Assembly: GCF_009914755.1 (NCBI RefSeq)
Contig: NC_060931.1
Strand: one strand, 5' to 3'
From: the human T2T-CHM13v2.0 reference genome, Homo sapiens
Length of the DNA: 64,000 nt
In this document: positions 10,000-23,199 of the stretch, in pieces
Numbering within the stretch: position 1 is the stretch's first letter
Layout of the letters: each line of letters begins with the position of its first letter
Program-made: the position numbers and the translations under genes
The notes under the pieces: model-generated
The model's input: the letters and a program-made list of their open reading frames with translations, nothing else
Told to the model about the DNA's origin: nothing
Database searches by the model: none

Positions 10000-12900
10000 T
10001 CCAAAGAATAATAAGACAGCAAACATCCAGGATACCTGACACTCTGAAAAGAGATAAAACATTAAAATTATCTTTGATACTCTCTGTGAGCTCTTCTCGG
10101 TCCTATCAAAGCTAATAACTTTCATGAATTCTGGGTGCATAGTTTCTGTATGTAGACTTTTTTTTTCACCTATGTGTGTATCCCTAAACAAAATACTGCA
10201 TAAGATGACATAATAACATACACGTTCTGTGATGTGCCTTCCGTCTTCTGCTAACCCTGTGTTCTGAGACTCAGATTCGGTTTTGCATGTCATGGTGGCT
10301 CATGCATTTTCATTGCTGTGTGACTGCATTCTATACACATGGAGCATCACGCTTTATTTTTCCAATCACTTACCCAGTCCGGTGGGAAACTGGGTTCTTA
10401 TTTTTCCCTCCATATCTGAAACAGTATAGCCATGAACCTTCTCACACGTGTCTCCAGGCCCATGTAGAGAATTTTCTCCAGTACAATCACTAAGACATAG
10501 ATGTCCCAAAGGGATTCTATCAATTTACACTCCTGTCACCAACACACAGAGTTCCTAGTGCTCCGTGTGCTCATTGGTTTAAGCTTTAAACACTTTGCCG
10601 ATTTGGTAGATTTACGTTGTATCTCCTTGGGCTTCCAATGTGCATGTCTTTGATAATTCATCAGTTTGTGCATCTTCGTGTATGTTTATTCATCATTCAT
10701 GCTTCCTCTTACATGAAATTTTTGTTTTGCCCATTTTTCTACTGGGTTATTTGTCTTTTTCTTACTGCTTTGTAGAAGTTCTTCAAACATTCTGGATACC
10801 AAAACTTTGTCAGTTATGTGGGCTGCAACTATCATATCTCAGTTTGTGGCTTGGCTTCTTAAAGTTCCTGGTTTTAATACAGTCTAATTTATCATTTTCT
10901 TTAAGGTTTGCATTTCTGGCATCTTGTTTAAAAAATTCTCCTTTAGCTCAAGATCTAAAGATATCTATATAAAGATATCTATATAAAGATACAACTCTGT
11001 TTTTTTCCTAAAAGATTTTTGTCCTTCACATGTAAGTCTGATATTGAAGAACTGATTTTTGTATGTGATTCAAGGTAGAGGTCATTTCATTTTTTTCTCA
11101 TTGAATACCCCATTTCCCCATCAAAGTTTCTTGTAAAGGCCATCCTTCCCACTGATCTGTAATGTCAACCCTGTTATCAATCAGTTCTATTTAAGGGTCT
11201 ACTCCTGGGTTCCCTCTGTTCCTGGCCCAGGTGTCTCTCCGTGCACAGATCCATGTGATCTTTCTTACTTTAGTGTAAGTAGTTTATGCTGTCTACACAC
11301 GAAGGCAGGTGTTGGCTCTTTGTACTTATACATTTTGGAATCAGCTTGTCACGTTTGTAAATGAATAGTTTTTGGATTTTTGTTAAAATTTTATTGAATC
11401 TAGAAGTTTGATTGTTATTAATAGCATCATTATTCCCAATCTGTGAACATGTAAATCTCTCCATTTATTGTCTTCAACATCTTTTAAGTTTTATATTTAT
11501 CCCCATAAAAGTCTTATATATTTAACATATGTATATAATCCCGGGACTTTAAATTTTGATGCTATTTTAAATGAGTATCATTTTTAAACAGCATTTTCTA
11601 ACTTTTTTTCCTAAATATACAAATACAGCTGACTTTTGCATGATTTCATATACAGCACCCTTCCTAAACTATCTAATTCCATTAGTTTACCTGGATCTTC
11701 TTCTGTCTCTTCTGAGTAAATAATGAGGCCGTCTGTGAATAATGACAGGCTTGCTCCTTCTCTCCTAAGTGCACCCTTTATCTCTCCTTCCTGCTTCACT
11801 GCCTGCTGAACGGATCCTCCTACAAATGCTTGTAAGGGTGAGAGCCCACATCCCTGTCTTATTTCTGGTGTTCAAGAGAATATTTCCAGTGTTTTGCTGG
11901 GAAGCATGATGTTTCTGTAGGGTCTTTAAAAAATCAAAATAAGAACAAACTAGTCTTACTTTATTCAACATTTTTATTATGAATGAATGTTAATATTTAG
12001 CAAATGTTTTTACCTGTATCTATTGAGATAATAATTTTTTTCTCTTTTCATTAATGTGATAGACTACATTAATTACAGCTTTAATTGCTCATGACATTTT
12101 TTAAAAATAAATTGCTGGATTTTAATTTGCTATTATTTGGCTTTTACACCTATGTTTTTGAGGAAATTTCTCTCTAATTGTCATTCCCTGTACTGTAATT
12201 ACTGAGTTTTGGTATCAAGTTTATGCTAACCTCATGAGCTGTGTAGTCTGGGATGTTTTGTGTATGAGTGCATGTGTTTGGATGTATGGAATAACTTGCT
12301 TATAAAATATGTGGGCCTGATATTTTCTTTGTGGGAAGACTTTTAACTATTAACTCAAGTTCTTCCTTGGCTACAGGGCTATTGGAGTTTTTCATTCTGG
12401 TATTTTGGTCATGTTATCTAACATTTCAAATATATGGCCATAAATTGTTCATGATGACCCCTTGTTATTCTTTTATATGCCAAAGCATCTATATTAGCAT
12501 TCCAATTTTAATTCTCAATATTGTTTATGATTCCCTCCTCTCTTTTTTAAAATCACTTATGACAAAGGAGGTTTCTCAATTTTGTAAGCTTTTTTTAAAA
12601 AGACAAAAAATTTTGCTTTTTAAACAAACAGAGAGGTTCTCTGTCTTTGAGATTCTCCAACTTCACTGTCAGGAATCGAGGTGTAGAGCCTTTTTCACTC
12701 CATAGGCTTCTGGAATCTGAGTACTGGTGTCTTACATCAGTGGTGGAAATTTTTCTGCCACTGTATCTTCAAATATTACTTCTGGAGTGCTCTGCTGGAA
12801 TGCTTATGAACCATATGTAAGATTCCAACTCTGCCAGAATACTTATGAATCGTAGGTAATATTCTAACTCTGCTGGAACACTCATGGATCATGTGTAAGA

Positions 12901-13620
12901 TGTGTAAGATGATCCTCGATGGTGATAGAGTGTGCCTCTTCCCCGGCAATGGCTTTCCCAATAAAGTTGGCTCTCAATGTAGCTACCTTTTTTTTTTTTA
13001 AATTAGTATTTCCTTAGGAACTCCATAGGCTTCTGGAATGCTTATGAACCGTGTGTAAGAGTCTTCTACTCTGCTGGAACACTTATGAATCGTGTGTAAG
13101 AGTTGCCTAATCTGCTAAAATGCTTATGAACTGCATTTAAGATCCTCCTACTCTACTGCAAGACTTATGCATTGTAGGTAAGATTCTCCTACTCTGCCCT
13201 CTATGGCTCCTACCCTTACTTTCATATTTTCAATTTATTTGTCTCTGTGGGCTGCGTTTTAGAAAATTTCTTAGTTCTATACTTTACTTCTCTAATTCTC
13301 TCTTCAACTATATCTAATCTGCTATTAAACTCATACCCTTAGTTTAGAATTTCTATTATTATATCTTTCATTAAAATATATTTCTTCAAAAATTGTGGTC
13401 TCTTTTAAGACTATTGATCTGTAGGTTATATTTAGCTTCCTCCTATGTTCCTTTAATCATATTAAAATATTTAAATTTATGATCTATGTCCAATAGTTAC
13501 AATATCTGAGGCTTTCTTTTGTTGTCCATTCTTTCAATTAACTTTTGTCCTGTTACCTGGTATGTTTTAAAATTTTTTATTGTGGACTCAAATTTCTTGG
13601 AATTTTACTTGCAGGTATTC
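10000..13620 (-). mobile_element. Old L1M (L1ME/L1MC-type) antisense fragments
   Basis: T-rich tract with antisense L1 motifs such as TTTTGCCCATTTTTCTACTGGGTTATTTGTCTTTTTCTTACTG and GTTTTGGTATCAAGTTTATGCTAACCTCATG; no intact ORF. Confidence 0.8.
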
Positions 13621-15088
13621 TTTATGAGTAGAAGGGGAAAGAAAGGATTCCTCCAGAGAGGATCTGCCTTTCCCTCTGCCAGGCATCTGGAGGCCCGTGC
13701 ACCTGGGAGCGTTTGAAGCTGAATTCCCTGCTTGAGATGTTGTGGCTGTCCAGGCAGCATGCAGTGGGATTGTACATCCCTGTGAAGCTTGGCTGTGGTT
13801 AATGTCCTGAGGGAAAATGCCACCCCCCCACCCCCGCCTTCCCCGCCACACACACACACATCCAGGAACAGCGCTGAACGCAAGCAGTTTACCATCCTCC
13901 AGCCCAATGGAGAGCTGAGAAGACACTCTATCATCGGTCACCGTTACCCTGCAGTCATGGTTCTTGGGGGTCCCAGCTCCATGTGGCATGTCTTCTATTA
14001 GCCTTACCATATCAGGATTTCCTAGTGCCTCCTGCCCTCTATAGACCACAAGATCATGAATGCTGAAGTTCAGGTTTACCCGGTGTGGAGAAGATTCTCA
14101 GAATAAAGGCCAACATCAGTCATCCACTGATGTCCCCGGGTTCCTGCTCTCACTTGGCTTGGGATCTCCAATAATTTAATTATTGCCAGATGTCTGATGT
14201 GTTAAAATTATCTCTATGTCCTCATATTCTCGTAGTTTTGTTTTTGGAATGAGGGTGAGTCCCAATATTTGTTTCTTCCAGCGTACCAGCAGAAATGGGA
14301 ACTCCCACATCTCCTAAGAAATCTCTGCCCCGCCCCAGCTGCTTTGTGCTTATGAAGTAAAACTCATTTTAATTCAGGTTTGGGCAAAACCTCAGGGGAG
14401 GCTAAATATGAAATAATCTAATGATTTTATATTATGCTAAATATAACTAAACACAGATGTGTATATAAAATTGCTAATTATTCAGTGTTTTATGGAATCT
14501 GCCGTGACTCTTGCTGGGACTGTGAACTAGAAATGGCAACGACACCTTTTCTTTGTGTGGTGCTGCGTGTGGACGCTGGTCTCTCCTCGGCCCCAGTCCA
14601 CGCTTTCCCCAGGTTCTTCATCTCTAACCCTCCTGGCAGCAGTGCTGGGTCAGAGGGTCTCACCCCAAATGGTCCCAGGCTCCTGTGCAGGGCCTGGTGG
14701 TTATGGTCCCAGATGGGCGGCTGGAGCCTCTGGGAGGTGTTGGCCCAGGGCTACTCAGTTCAAAATGGGGGCTCTGGGAAGGAGAGCCAGGTCTCTCGAG
14801 CTTGAGGTGGCTCCTCATGGACTGTGAAGGGGTGCATGTTTTAACACAACAAACTGCTCTCCTCTAATTACCTGTAATCCATAAGACAGTGTGAGGACAG
14901 TTCTGGGAGCAGGTGAGTTCGAGAAGCACCAAGACGCATCATTTGCCTGTCCTGTGTGTGGTCTAAGAGGTGCCTGGTGCTTCACTGCAGAGCACGCAGC
15001 TCCTTGCTCCAGCCACCTGCACCACAAGCACTGCTTCTGATGTCATAAGCGTGGCCTCGAGGAGATGCTTAGGAGCCCCCAGGCCAGT

Positions 15089-15564
15089 GCACGTCCCCTC
15101 CCCGGCTGAAGGTCCCCACCATGGCAGGGGCTGGCCACGCACCCCGGCCACTCCGGGACACGTCCAACACACGTCCCCCTCCCCAGCTGAAGGTCCCCAC
15201 CATGGCAGGGGCTGGCCACGCACCCCGGCCACTCCAGGACACGTCCAACACACATCCCCCTCCCCAGCTGAAGGTCCCCACCATGGCAGGGGCTGGCCAC
15301 GCACCCCGGCCACTCCGGGACACGTCCAACACACGTCCCCCTCCCCAGCTGAAGGTCCCCACCATGGCAGGGGCTGGCCACGCACCCCGGCCACTCCGGG
15401 ACACGTCCAATACACGTCCCCCTCCCCAGCTGAAGGTCCCCACCATGGCAGGGGCTGGCCATGCACCCCGGCCACTCCAGGACACGTCCAACACACGTCC
15501 TCCTCCCTGGCTGAAGGTCCCCACCACGGCAGGGGCTGGCCACGCACCCCGGCCACTCCAGGAC
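15089..15564. repeat. Minisatellite, 81-bp unit x ~5.9
   Basis: Direct repeat; 27-aa periodicity in the overlapping ORFs (SPAEGPHHGRGWPRTPATPGHVQHTSP). Confidence 0.95.
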
Positions 15565-17314
15565 AGGCTGCCGCAGCTGGGGAGCTTCTGGTTCCCCTTC
15601 TTTGCTGTTGCAAACCGCTCTCTCTCATTTTAAAATGTCCTGTATGAAGCGAAGGCACTGAACACACTCCAGCCTGCAACGCAGAAGTGCACATTGGCGT
15701 GGAGCATTTGAAAGGCATTTTCTCCTTGGAAACTGAAAGGTCAATTTGTCAAACTCCACTCCTCAGGGTTCCAAGAAAGGTTCTTCAGCCCTTGTTTTCC
15801 AGCCATAACAGGGTAAATAAATGAGACTCTCATCTGCGGGTCTCCTGTGGATTCTGCCGGGGGGCGGGGCTTCGGTGGAAAGGGAGCATGGCTGCGCAGT
15901 AATAATAGCGGCAGGCTGGGAAAAGCTAATGTCAGCTCCAATTTCCAAGTCATTTTTCAAATTATTTTAATTAGATATTGTTTCAATCTCACTTACATTA
16001 ATTTAATATCTGATATCAACATTTCAGTTTTCAATTTGTTCAAATGATTTTTTTTCAGTCTGCCTGGTTGCCTGGAGTAATTTAAAATACAATGTTTATC
16101 TTCAGCAATTTTCAACGCGTGGTCCTGGACAAACTGCTATGTTCAATAAAAGTGACAAGGAAGGGACGGCCCCAGGTCCTGCGTGGCGACGAGGAAAAAT
16201 GGAAATTGTCTCCTTATTGTTCATCTCTAGACATCAGAGTCAGCAGGCCGAGCAGGGGCTGGGGCTGGGATAATAAGATTTTCCACCCATTTCACGATGT
16301 AATTGGCTTTCCCAACGCAAATTTCAGTGAAATTTGACTAAGATTTTTTTGTATTAAAAGGCATCTGAATAAATGGCCACATTCCCCCATCTACACATTT
16401 TCTGAGAATTTTCAGTCACAGCTCTCAAACCTACCCCTAAAAGATTCTTCCTGGACGCACTGCCGCAAATAGCCTTAGGTTCTGCGTTTTCTTAGTTTGT
16501 CCTTTTCTTCAGACATTAGCACGGATGCTGGTAAAGACGTGCCTTCTGAAATGGTAAATGTAAAGCTGAACCAGGCCTTCACCTCCCCGTTTATAAAATG
16601 TGGGAGAAATGAGGTATCCTGAAGTGTTCTTCTAAGACAAGGAAATTAGTATTGTTCTTGAAGTTGATAATGAGAAATCTGAAGATCCTTACTGCTTTTG
16701 AAAAGTGTGAAGAACTTAAAACAAATTACCTGGGAACAACATAAAACCAAACTATAACATCATCCACATGGCAACAGGTAAACCATCGAAGGAACAGGAG
16801 GGAAGCTGAGGAGCTGGAAGGCGTGGGCCGGTGTGATTAACGAGAAACACACACAGTGAGGACGACGCGTGGGAGCCGGGGAAGTCATCTTCCTAGGACA
16901 GGTGCCTTCACTCGCATGAAACTACTCATTATCTACAAGCAACATATCGAAAACAACGCCGTCCAGAAAGATTACAAACTGACGCGGCCGGGAAAATCTA
17001 TCAGACATACGAATGGAAGGAGAGAAGGCGTCATGGCGTCGACATCAAGAAAATGTGCAATTTGTTTAAAAGTTATTGATTAAAGTGGAATAAATAGACT
17101 AATGTTAGATTAGATTATAAAATTCCAGACAACGATATAGGGTTAATGAACTGGTGTGTGCCAAGAAATAAACATAGAAATTAATAAGGAAGAAGTGATC
17201 ACAGTACAAAGAGATGCCACTCGCAGCCTGAGGGACGGAAGGGCCTGACGGCGGCCATCCTCCACCAGCCACGTTCCGGGGCTGCGCTTGGCACTTTAAC
17301 TGCACCCGGCACTA

Positions 17315-17460
17315 ACCCCCACAACAGCCACCTGAGGTGCGGACTTTAAATGCCCCCATCTTATTGATAAAGAGGACTGAGTTTTCCAGGGGGTTAAGCA
17401 ACTTACCTAAAGTCACAGGGCTAGTAAAACACAGAGCCTTATTAGAAACAAGTCTCCCTA
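17315..17460 (-). mobile_element. MIR SINE fragment
   Basis: CCCCATCTTATTGATAAAGAGGACTGAG...GGTTAAGCAACTTACCTAAAGTCACAGGGCTAGTAA is the antisense MIR core. Confidence 0.65.
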
Positions 17461-17499
17461 GCTCCCACAAGGGTCCTACAGCGGGCCCGAGAACATGAC

Positions 17500-18740
17500 A
17501 AAGAGAATTCAATAGCGACTGATCAAGCTCTATGGTCTAGAAACCAGAATGGAACTGATCAGATATTAAGCCTCAAAAAAGGACTTCATGTTTTTTAAAT
17601 CATAAAAATCATAAATGTTGCATTCTCTAAGCAAAATCTAATAAATTAGAAATTAATAAACACAGAAAACAAAACTCTCTCATCATTTGGGTATTAAAAA
17701 TATTATTTTCAATAATTCTTAGGTTAAGAAGGAAATGGAAACTAAATTACAAAATAGTTAGAGAATAATAAAGGCTGTGGGAGGTGCCGAAATGATTCCC
17801 CGGAGGTGGGTTTCGAATACTGAGAGCTTCCATGATGATAAGAGAGAAGGACAGTAAACAAAGTAGGCACTCCATTTATGACGTCAAAGTAAATAGGTAA
17901 CAAAAAACTTGAGGGAAGAAATTAAGTAATAAAAATATAAATTAAACTATAAAAGGGAATACAGGATTGGTGAATAAACCCAAGAGCTTGATTTTAGGGG
18001 AAAAAATCATAAACTCTTAGAGGTAATCAAGAAAAGTAAAACACCTCAAATTCTAAAATTATCAAAAATTAATAATTAGGAGGACACATAATCACAGATG
18101 CAGTGGAAATTTAAGACTTATAAGCCCTTAAGACCATTTATATATCTATTTATAGTCATGCACCACGTACTAACGTTTTGGTCAGTGATGAACCACGTAC
18201 ACCCACAAGTGGTGGTCCCATAAGAGTATGACGGAGCTGACAAATTCCTGTCACCTTGCGACGTCACAGCCATCGTAAAGCCACAGTGCAAAGCATTACC
18301 TTTTCTATGTGCAAATGATACACAAATGCCTACCGCTGTGTTACACCTGCCTACAGTATTAGTATAGTAACATGTTGTGCAGGTTTGTAGCCTAGCAGCG
18401 CTGTCCCATACAACCTGGGTGTGTAGGAGGCTGTAGCATCTACAGGTTTTGTAAGTGCACCCTGTGATGCTCGCACAACGACGAAATTGCCAGATGAAAC
18501 ATTTATCTGAAGGCAGCCTCGTCATTAAGCAACGCATCGCTGTCTAAGAATTTGGAACTCCAAGAAATTGAACTATGAACAAAGAAAATAAAAATTACCA
18601 ACCTGGCTAAGAATGAAGAAAGAAATATTAATAGATGAATATGAAAATACAAAACGTTTTTCAAAGAAACTTCCTTCCAGAAAAGCACAAGGCCCTAAGT
18701 GTGACTGGAAAGTTCTCTCAAAACTTTGAGGAATAAAAGA
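17500..18740 (+). mobile_element. Old L1 ORF2 fragment, interrupted by Tigger3a
   Basis: A-rich L1 ORF2-like sequence (ATAAATTAGAAATTAATAAA, AATAATTCTTAGGTTAAGAAGGAAAT) with many stops. Confidence 0.7.
18153..18542 (+). mobile_element. Tigger3a/MER7A-like non-autonomous TcMar-Tigger DNA transposon
   Basis: TIR-like ends TAGTCATGCACCACGTACTAACGTTTTGGTCA ... CGTCATTAAGCAACGCATCGCTG; internal GGTGGTCCCATAAGA and CAGGTTTGTAGCCTAG motifs. Confidence 0.8.
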
Positions 18741-18999
18741 TTCTCAAGTCAGCACCTCCCAGGAGCGCCAGCACCAAGCGCAGTCCACAGTTTACAAGGA
18801 CACGCTTGGCAATCCATTGGTGGGTCTGAGGATACAGCAAAGGCTCTGAGCCTACACCAAGGCCCCCCATGTTGTCTGAACGTCCTGCCTGCTTCTTCTT
18901 TTGAACACGAAGTTCTAGCCAGCGAGGACAAATGCTGAAATGTTTGAGACTTCCCAAACCACTTGTGTTTTATCAATACATTTTATAAGCCAAAAGTTA

Positions 19000-20430
19000 A
19001 GAGTCAGCCGCACAAACAGAGCTGCCCAATCCTTGGCAAAGCAGCAAGGGAACTCAATGGGGAAGGGACCAGCTTTTCAGCAGATGGTGCTGGACCAATG
19101 GGATACTCACATGCAAAAAGTGAATCCAGACATCAACCCTATACCCTCCACAGAAATTAATGCAAAGTTAGATGTAAAATGCCAAACTATACAACTTCTA
19201 GAAGATACAAAGAAAATCTAGGTGACCTTGGGTTTGGTGATGACTTTTTAGAGATACAACACCAAAAGCACAGTTCATGAAAAAAACAACTGATAGGTAG
19301 GACTTCATGAAAATTAAAAACTGAATATATTATTAGTATATGACCCAGCAGTCATGCCCTTTGGTATTTGCTAAATAGAGTTGAAAACTTATGTCCATAC
19401 AAAATTATGCACGTGGATGTTTATTGCAGCTTAGTTCATAATTGCCCAAACTTGGAAGCAACCATGATGTCCTTCAGTAGATGAATGGATCAACCGTGGT
19501 GTATCCATATAATAGGATATCATTCAGGGCTAAAACGGAATGAGCCGTCAAACCATGACACAGGGCTTGCAGGAACCTTAAATGCCTCTTGCTAAGTGAA
19601 AGAAGCCATCCTGGAAAGGCTACACACTGCATGATTCCAACGCTAAGACGTTCTGGAAAAGAACAAAGGATGGAGACAGTGTAAGTTGTGGTGGAGGTAA
19701 TGAGGAGTTGGGGGAAGAGAGAGGTACCAGCAGAGAACAGAGGCTTTCATGACAGGGAAACCACTCTGTTTGATGCTATGATGATGGATACGTGTCATCA
19801 TACACTTGCCCAAACCCACAGAATGTACCATCCTGCTGTGGCTCAAATATGGTTTATACCATCTGAAACTCATGCTGAAATTTGATTACCATTGTGGCAG
19901 TGTTGGAGGTGGGGCCTTTAAGAGGTGATTAGGTCATTAAGAGGGACTGATGGTTTCTTGCAGGAGTGTGATAATTCTTGTGGGAGTGGGCTGCCGCAGG
20001 CAGGGAGGGCTGCTGTAAGGCGAGCCCAGCCCCTCATGCTTGTCGTCTCATTATACATGCTCATTGGCCCTTCTTCCAGGGCATGGCGCAGTAAGAAAGC
20101 CCTTGTCAGAGCTGCTGCCATGCCCTCGGACTTCCCAGCCTCCACAACTGTGAGCTAAATAAACTTCTTTTCTTATAAACTACCCTGTCTCAGGAATTTT
20201 ATTATAGCAACAAAAATCCACCTAAGAGAACAGCAGGAGTGAACCCTGATGTAAACCATGGAATGAATGTGGGCTCATCAACTGTGACAAACAGACCATC
20301 CTAATACAGATGGGAGCAATGGAGAGACGGGGCGTGGAGTGGAAGGCAGGGCACGTGGGAACCCTCTGGACTGTCTGCTCTATTTTTCTGTAAATGTAAA
20401 ACTGCACTAAACATAAAATCTACTAAACAC
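19000..20430 (+). mobile_element. L1MC-type 3' end, split by an MST LTR
   Basis: End of ORF2 (CTTTTCAGCAGATGGTGCTGG...GGTGACCTTGGGTTTGGTGATGAC) plus 3' UTR (CAAACCCACAGAATGTAC | GAGTGAACCCTGATGTAAAC...TTTTTCTGTAAATGTAAAACTG). Confidence 0.8.
19834..20229 (+). mobile_element. ERVL-MaLR solo LTR (MST family, MSTC/MSTD-like)
   Basis: TGCTGTGG start; GTGTTGGAGGTGGGGCCTTTAAGAGGTGATTAGGTCAT; GGACTTCCCAGCCTCCACAACTGTGAGCTAAATAAACTTCTTTTC; end ...CTAAGAGA. Confidence 0.85.
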
Positions 20431-23199
20431 AAGTCACAAACAAAGGTTAAAAGTTGCTTGTTTTTATTTGAAGTGCAGATGTCCCTGGTTAGATGTTCAA
20501 ATACCTTAAAAACTGTAGGTAAAGGGCATTCTCCATGTGTACAAAGATTATTACTGCAGTGAAACTTTCAGGAGAATTTTGAAGAGAGATGATTATTTTC
20601 TGACTCTACTGACCAGGATTCTGTTCAACATCTTCATACGGGATTTTTGGTTTTTAAATACTGGGTGACGGGGCCAAGGAGTGGTGACTTGCAGAAGGAA
20701 GTCTTTCCTGGGCGATGGGGCCAGCACTGCATCCTGACTTGGAACAGAGTGCGTGGAAAGGGAAATGGGGGTCTGGGTCTCAGTCCTGCAGTCCTGCAGT
20801 CCTACAGTGGGTGAGACCACACCTGCGGCAAAGCTGGAATTGCACTGAAATTGGAATTGAATTGAAAATTATGCAGAATTGGAATTGCATTGAAAATTAT
20901 GGATGGAAAACAAGAGCAAACTTACCACTGCTAAGTGCTGATTTAAACAAGATAAATGTTCTCTTTAGTTGGACACAAACTAGCAAGAATGACTTTGTTC
21001 CCATGGGTTTCTCAATATAAGCTCCTTTTGCTGGGAAGGAAAAAGGGCATCTGCAGTAAGGTTGGTTCTTTTCCTTCCACATCACCAGCGGCAATCGTCT
21101 TTATTATTCATTAGCAAGCTCGACGTCACGGCACGCTGCGGCACCGCTGAAACCAGCCTGAGTTGGGAAAATACTTTCAATATTTCAACTGACTGCTTTC
21201 TAAGTCACAAATAACACAGCTAATCCTGAGGTCACTCGCTTACAAAAACCTATTTGCTGTGCTTCAGAGCAAAATGAAAATATATATTACAAATGATGCC
21301 ACCAGTGGCAAGCCTGCTCTGGGACCAGCCATCCTTCCACTGTCTCCTACCACTGGCAGCTAAAAACATCCCTCCTTCTCCTTAAAGCCATTTTAATAAA
21401 GACCCCAGAGGCTGTTTACTCAGGTGAACACATTTATTTGTAACCAGTGTTTAATGTAAAATTTAGCCTAGGCTGTGTGTGTCAATAAAGGTCTATAAAT
21501 AAAACATCACTCTGGGTTTTTTATCTTTATCCCAACACCCTACACTGCATGCTTTTAGAGACGCCGTTCCACTGGGCCTTTTTATTCTTAACCCTGACCT
21601 ATAAAAATCACTTAAGTCACCAGAAGCTTTTCCTATGAGCCAGTCAGTGCAGGTGAGGTGGGAGCAGCTAGCCATAAGTTATGATGCTTGTGACTGAGAA
21701 AACAACAGGTGGGTGTGTTCTGGCAGGGCAAGAAGGCAGCCAGCCCCCTGGGACCATCCAACCATGCTCCACCTGCCTGAGCCTCGGGAAACGCCACCTG
21801 CGCGCTGGCCTGTGGAGGGGAGCTCTTTCCCCTCGCGAGGCAGAGCACGTGTCACTACATCACACTGAGTTGGAAAAATCCAAAGAACATCATCCCCGTC
21901 TTTCCACCTGTGTCAGTTCCTTCAAAGACAGGCCCGAGACCTCCTTTGGAAGACTTTGCTCAAATTATTTGGGGGCAAACGTCCAAATGTCAGACCATTG
22001 ATGGCTTCCATCCCATTCCCTCAACTGACGGATAAAACCCCAGAAACTCAGAGAGGCTGTCACTGCTGCAAATGGTCCAGGAAGAAACTCTGATCCCAGA
22101 AACCAACAAGAGGAAATTTTCCTGAGATAAAGAGAAATCTCTGCCTTTAGATAAGAAATGTGTTTTCAGGAATCGACAGTGTTAGTGTAGGATGTTAGCG
22201 GTCACACCCGAGATGGTTCTTTTGCTAAACTCAGGGAGATTTTAGTTGAATTTGCAAAATGGTTGCTAACATATCTACCTGTTCCTGAGCAGAATTTAAA
22301 AAAGCAACCTGTCCTGAATTAGAGGAGGCTGGCTTTGGTGTGCTGTTTGGGTTGGACCGTATCTCAGCACTGTGTTCCATTCTGGATACCGCTGTTTGGG
22401 AGACCCCATGGGCACCCATAGCAGACGGCAGGGATGGGACAATGGGGGATGGCAAGGTTGTGTGTCACGCTGGGGAGCTGGAGGAGGGGGCCCGGTCCTG
22501 AGTGTTTCAGAAGGCAGGGTGGGGCCATCACATCCATGGCCTCTTCACTTGGACAGGATGAGGGGGCGCGGCCACAGGCAGGTAGAGGGGTGGCAGAGGA
22601 GGTCTATGTGGCTTCCTGGGGCTGGCTCCATTGAAGCCACACTCGTTCTCCTTTTCTCCTCCACCTGTAAGGAAACACTGTCCATTGGAACATCAGAAAG
22701 GGCGGCCCTGGGCTCAAAGCTGAGGACGCCCCCTCTGACCTGCAGCTGGCGAGGTGCACAGCCCCTGGAGGAGAACCGAGGCCACCAGCCCTGTTGCCAG
22801 AGCTCAGCTGCTCCTCCCGACACTGGTTCTGAGTCATGGAATCTCCCTACCCTGGACGCCTCCAAAGGCCCCATCCACAGGGCCCTGCTCACCACTGGCC
22901 CAGGTGCCACCCAGAGTCAGAGCTGGTTCCTGACCTCTGCCAGGGATAGCAATTCCCATTCTTGAGCTGGAAAACAGGTCATGTGGAATCTACAGGATGC
23001 ACGGGGAGGACACCTCGCTTTATTTCAGGTACACAGGGTAAGAAGTCCGCTGCAGGTGGATTAAAGACTTGCCGAGTCAGCCAGGAGGCCACTGCCTATG
23101 CCACTTGGCACGGTACCCTCTGCTCACCCAACTCCCATGACTGAGATGCACAGTTCTCACCAGCTTTAGGTGATGAAAACACCTCCACTGAAGCTCAAA

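Noticed and set aside
14963-15718. 225-251 aa repetitive ORFs
   Set aside because: The 81-bp in-frame VNTR is open in five listed frames; no coding bias or recognisable domain
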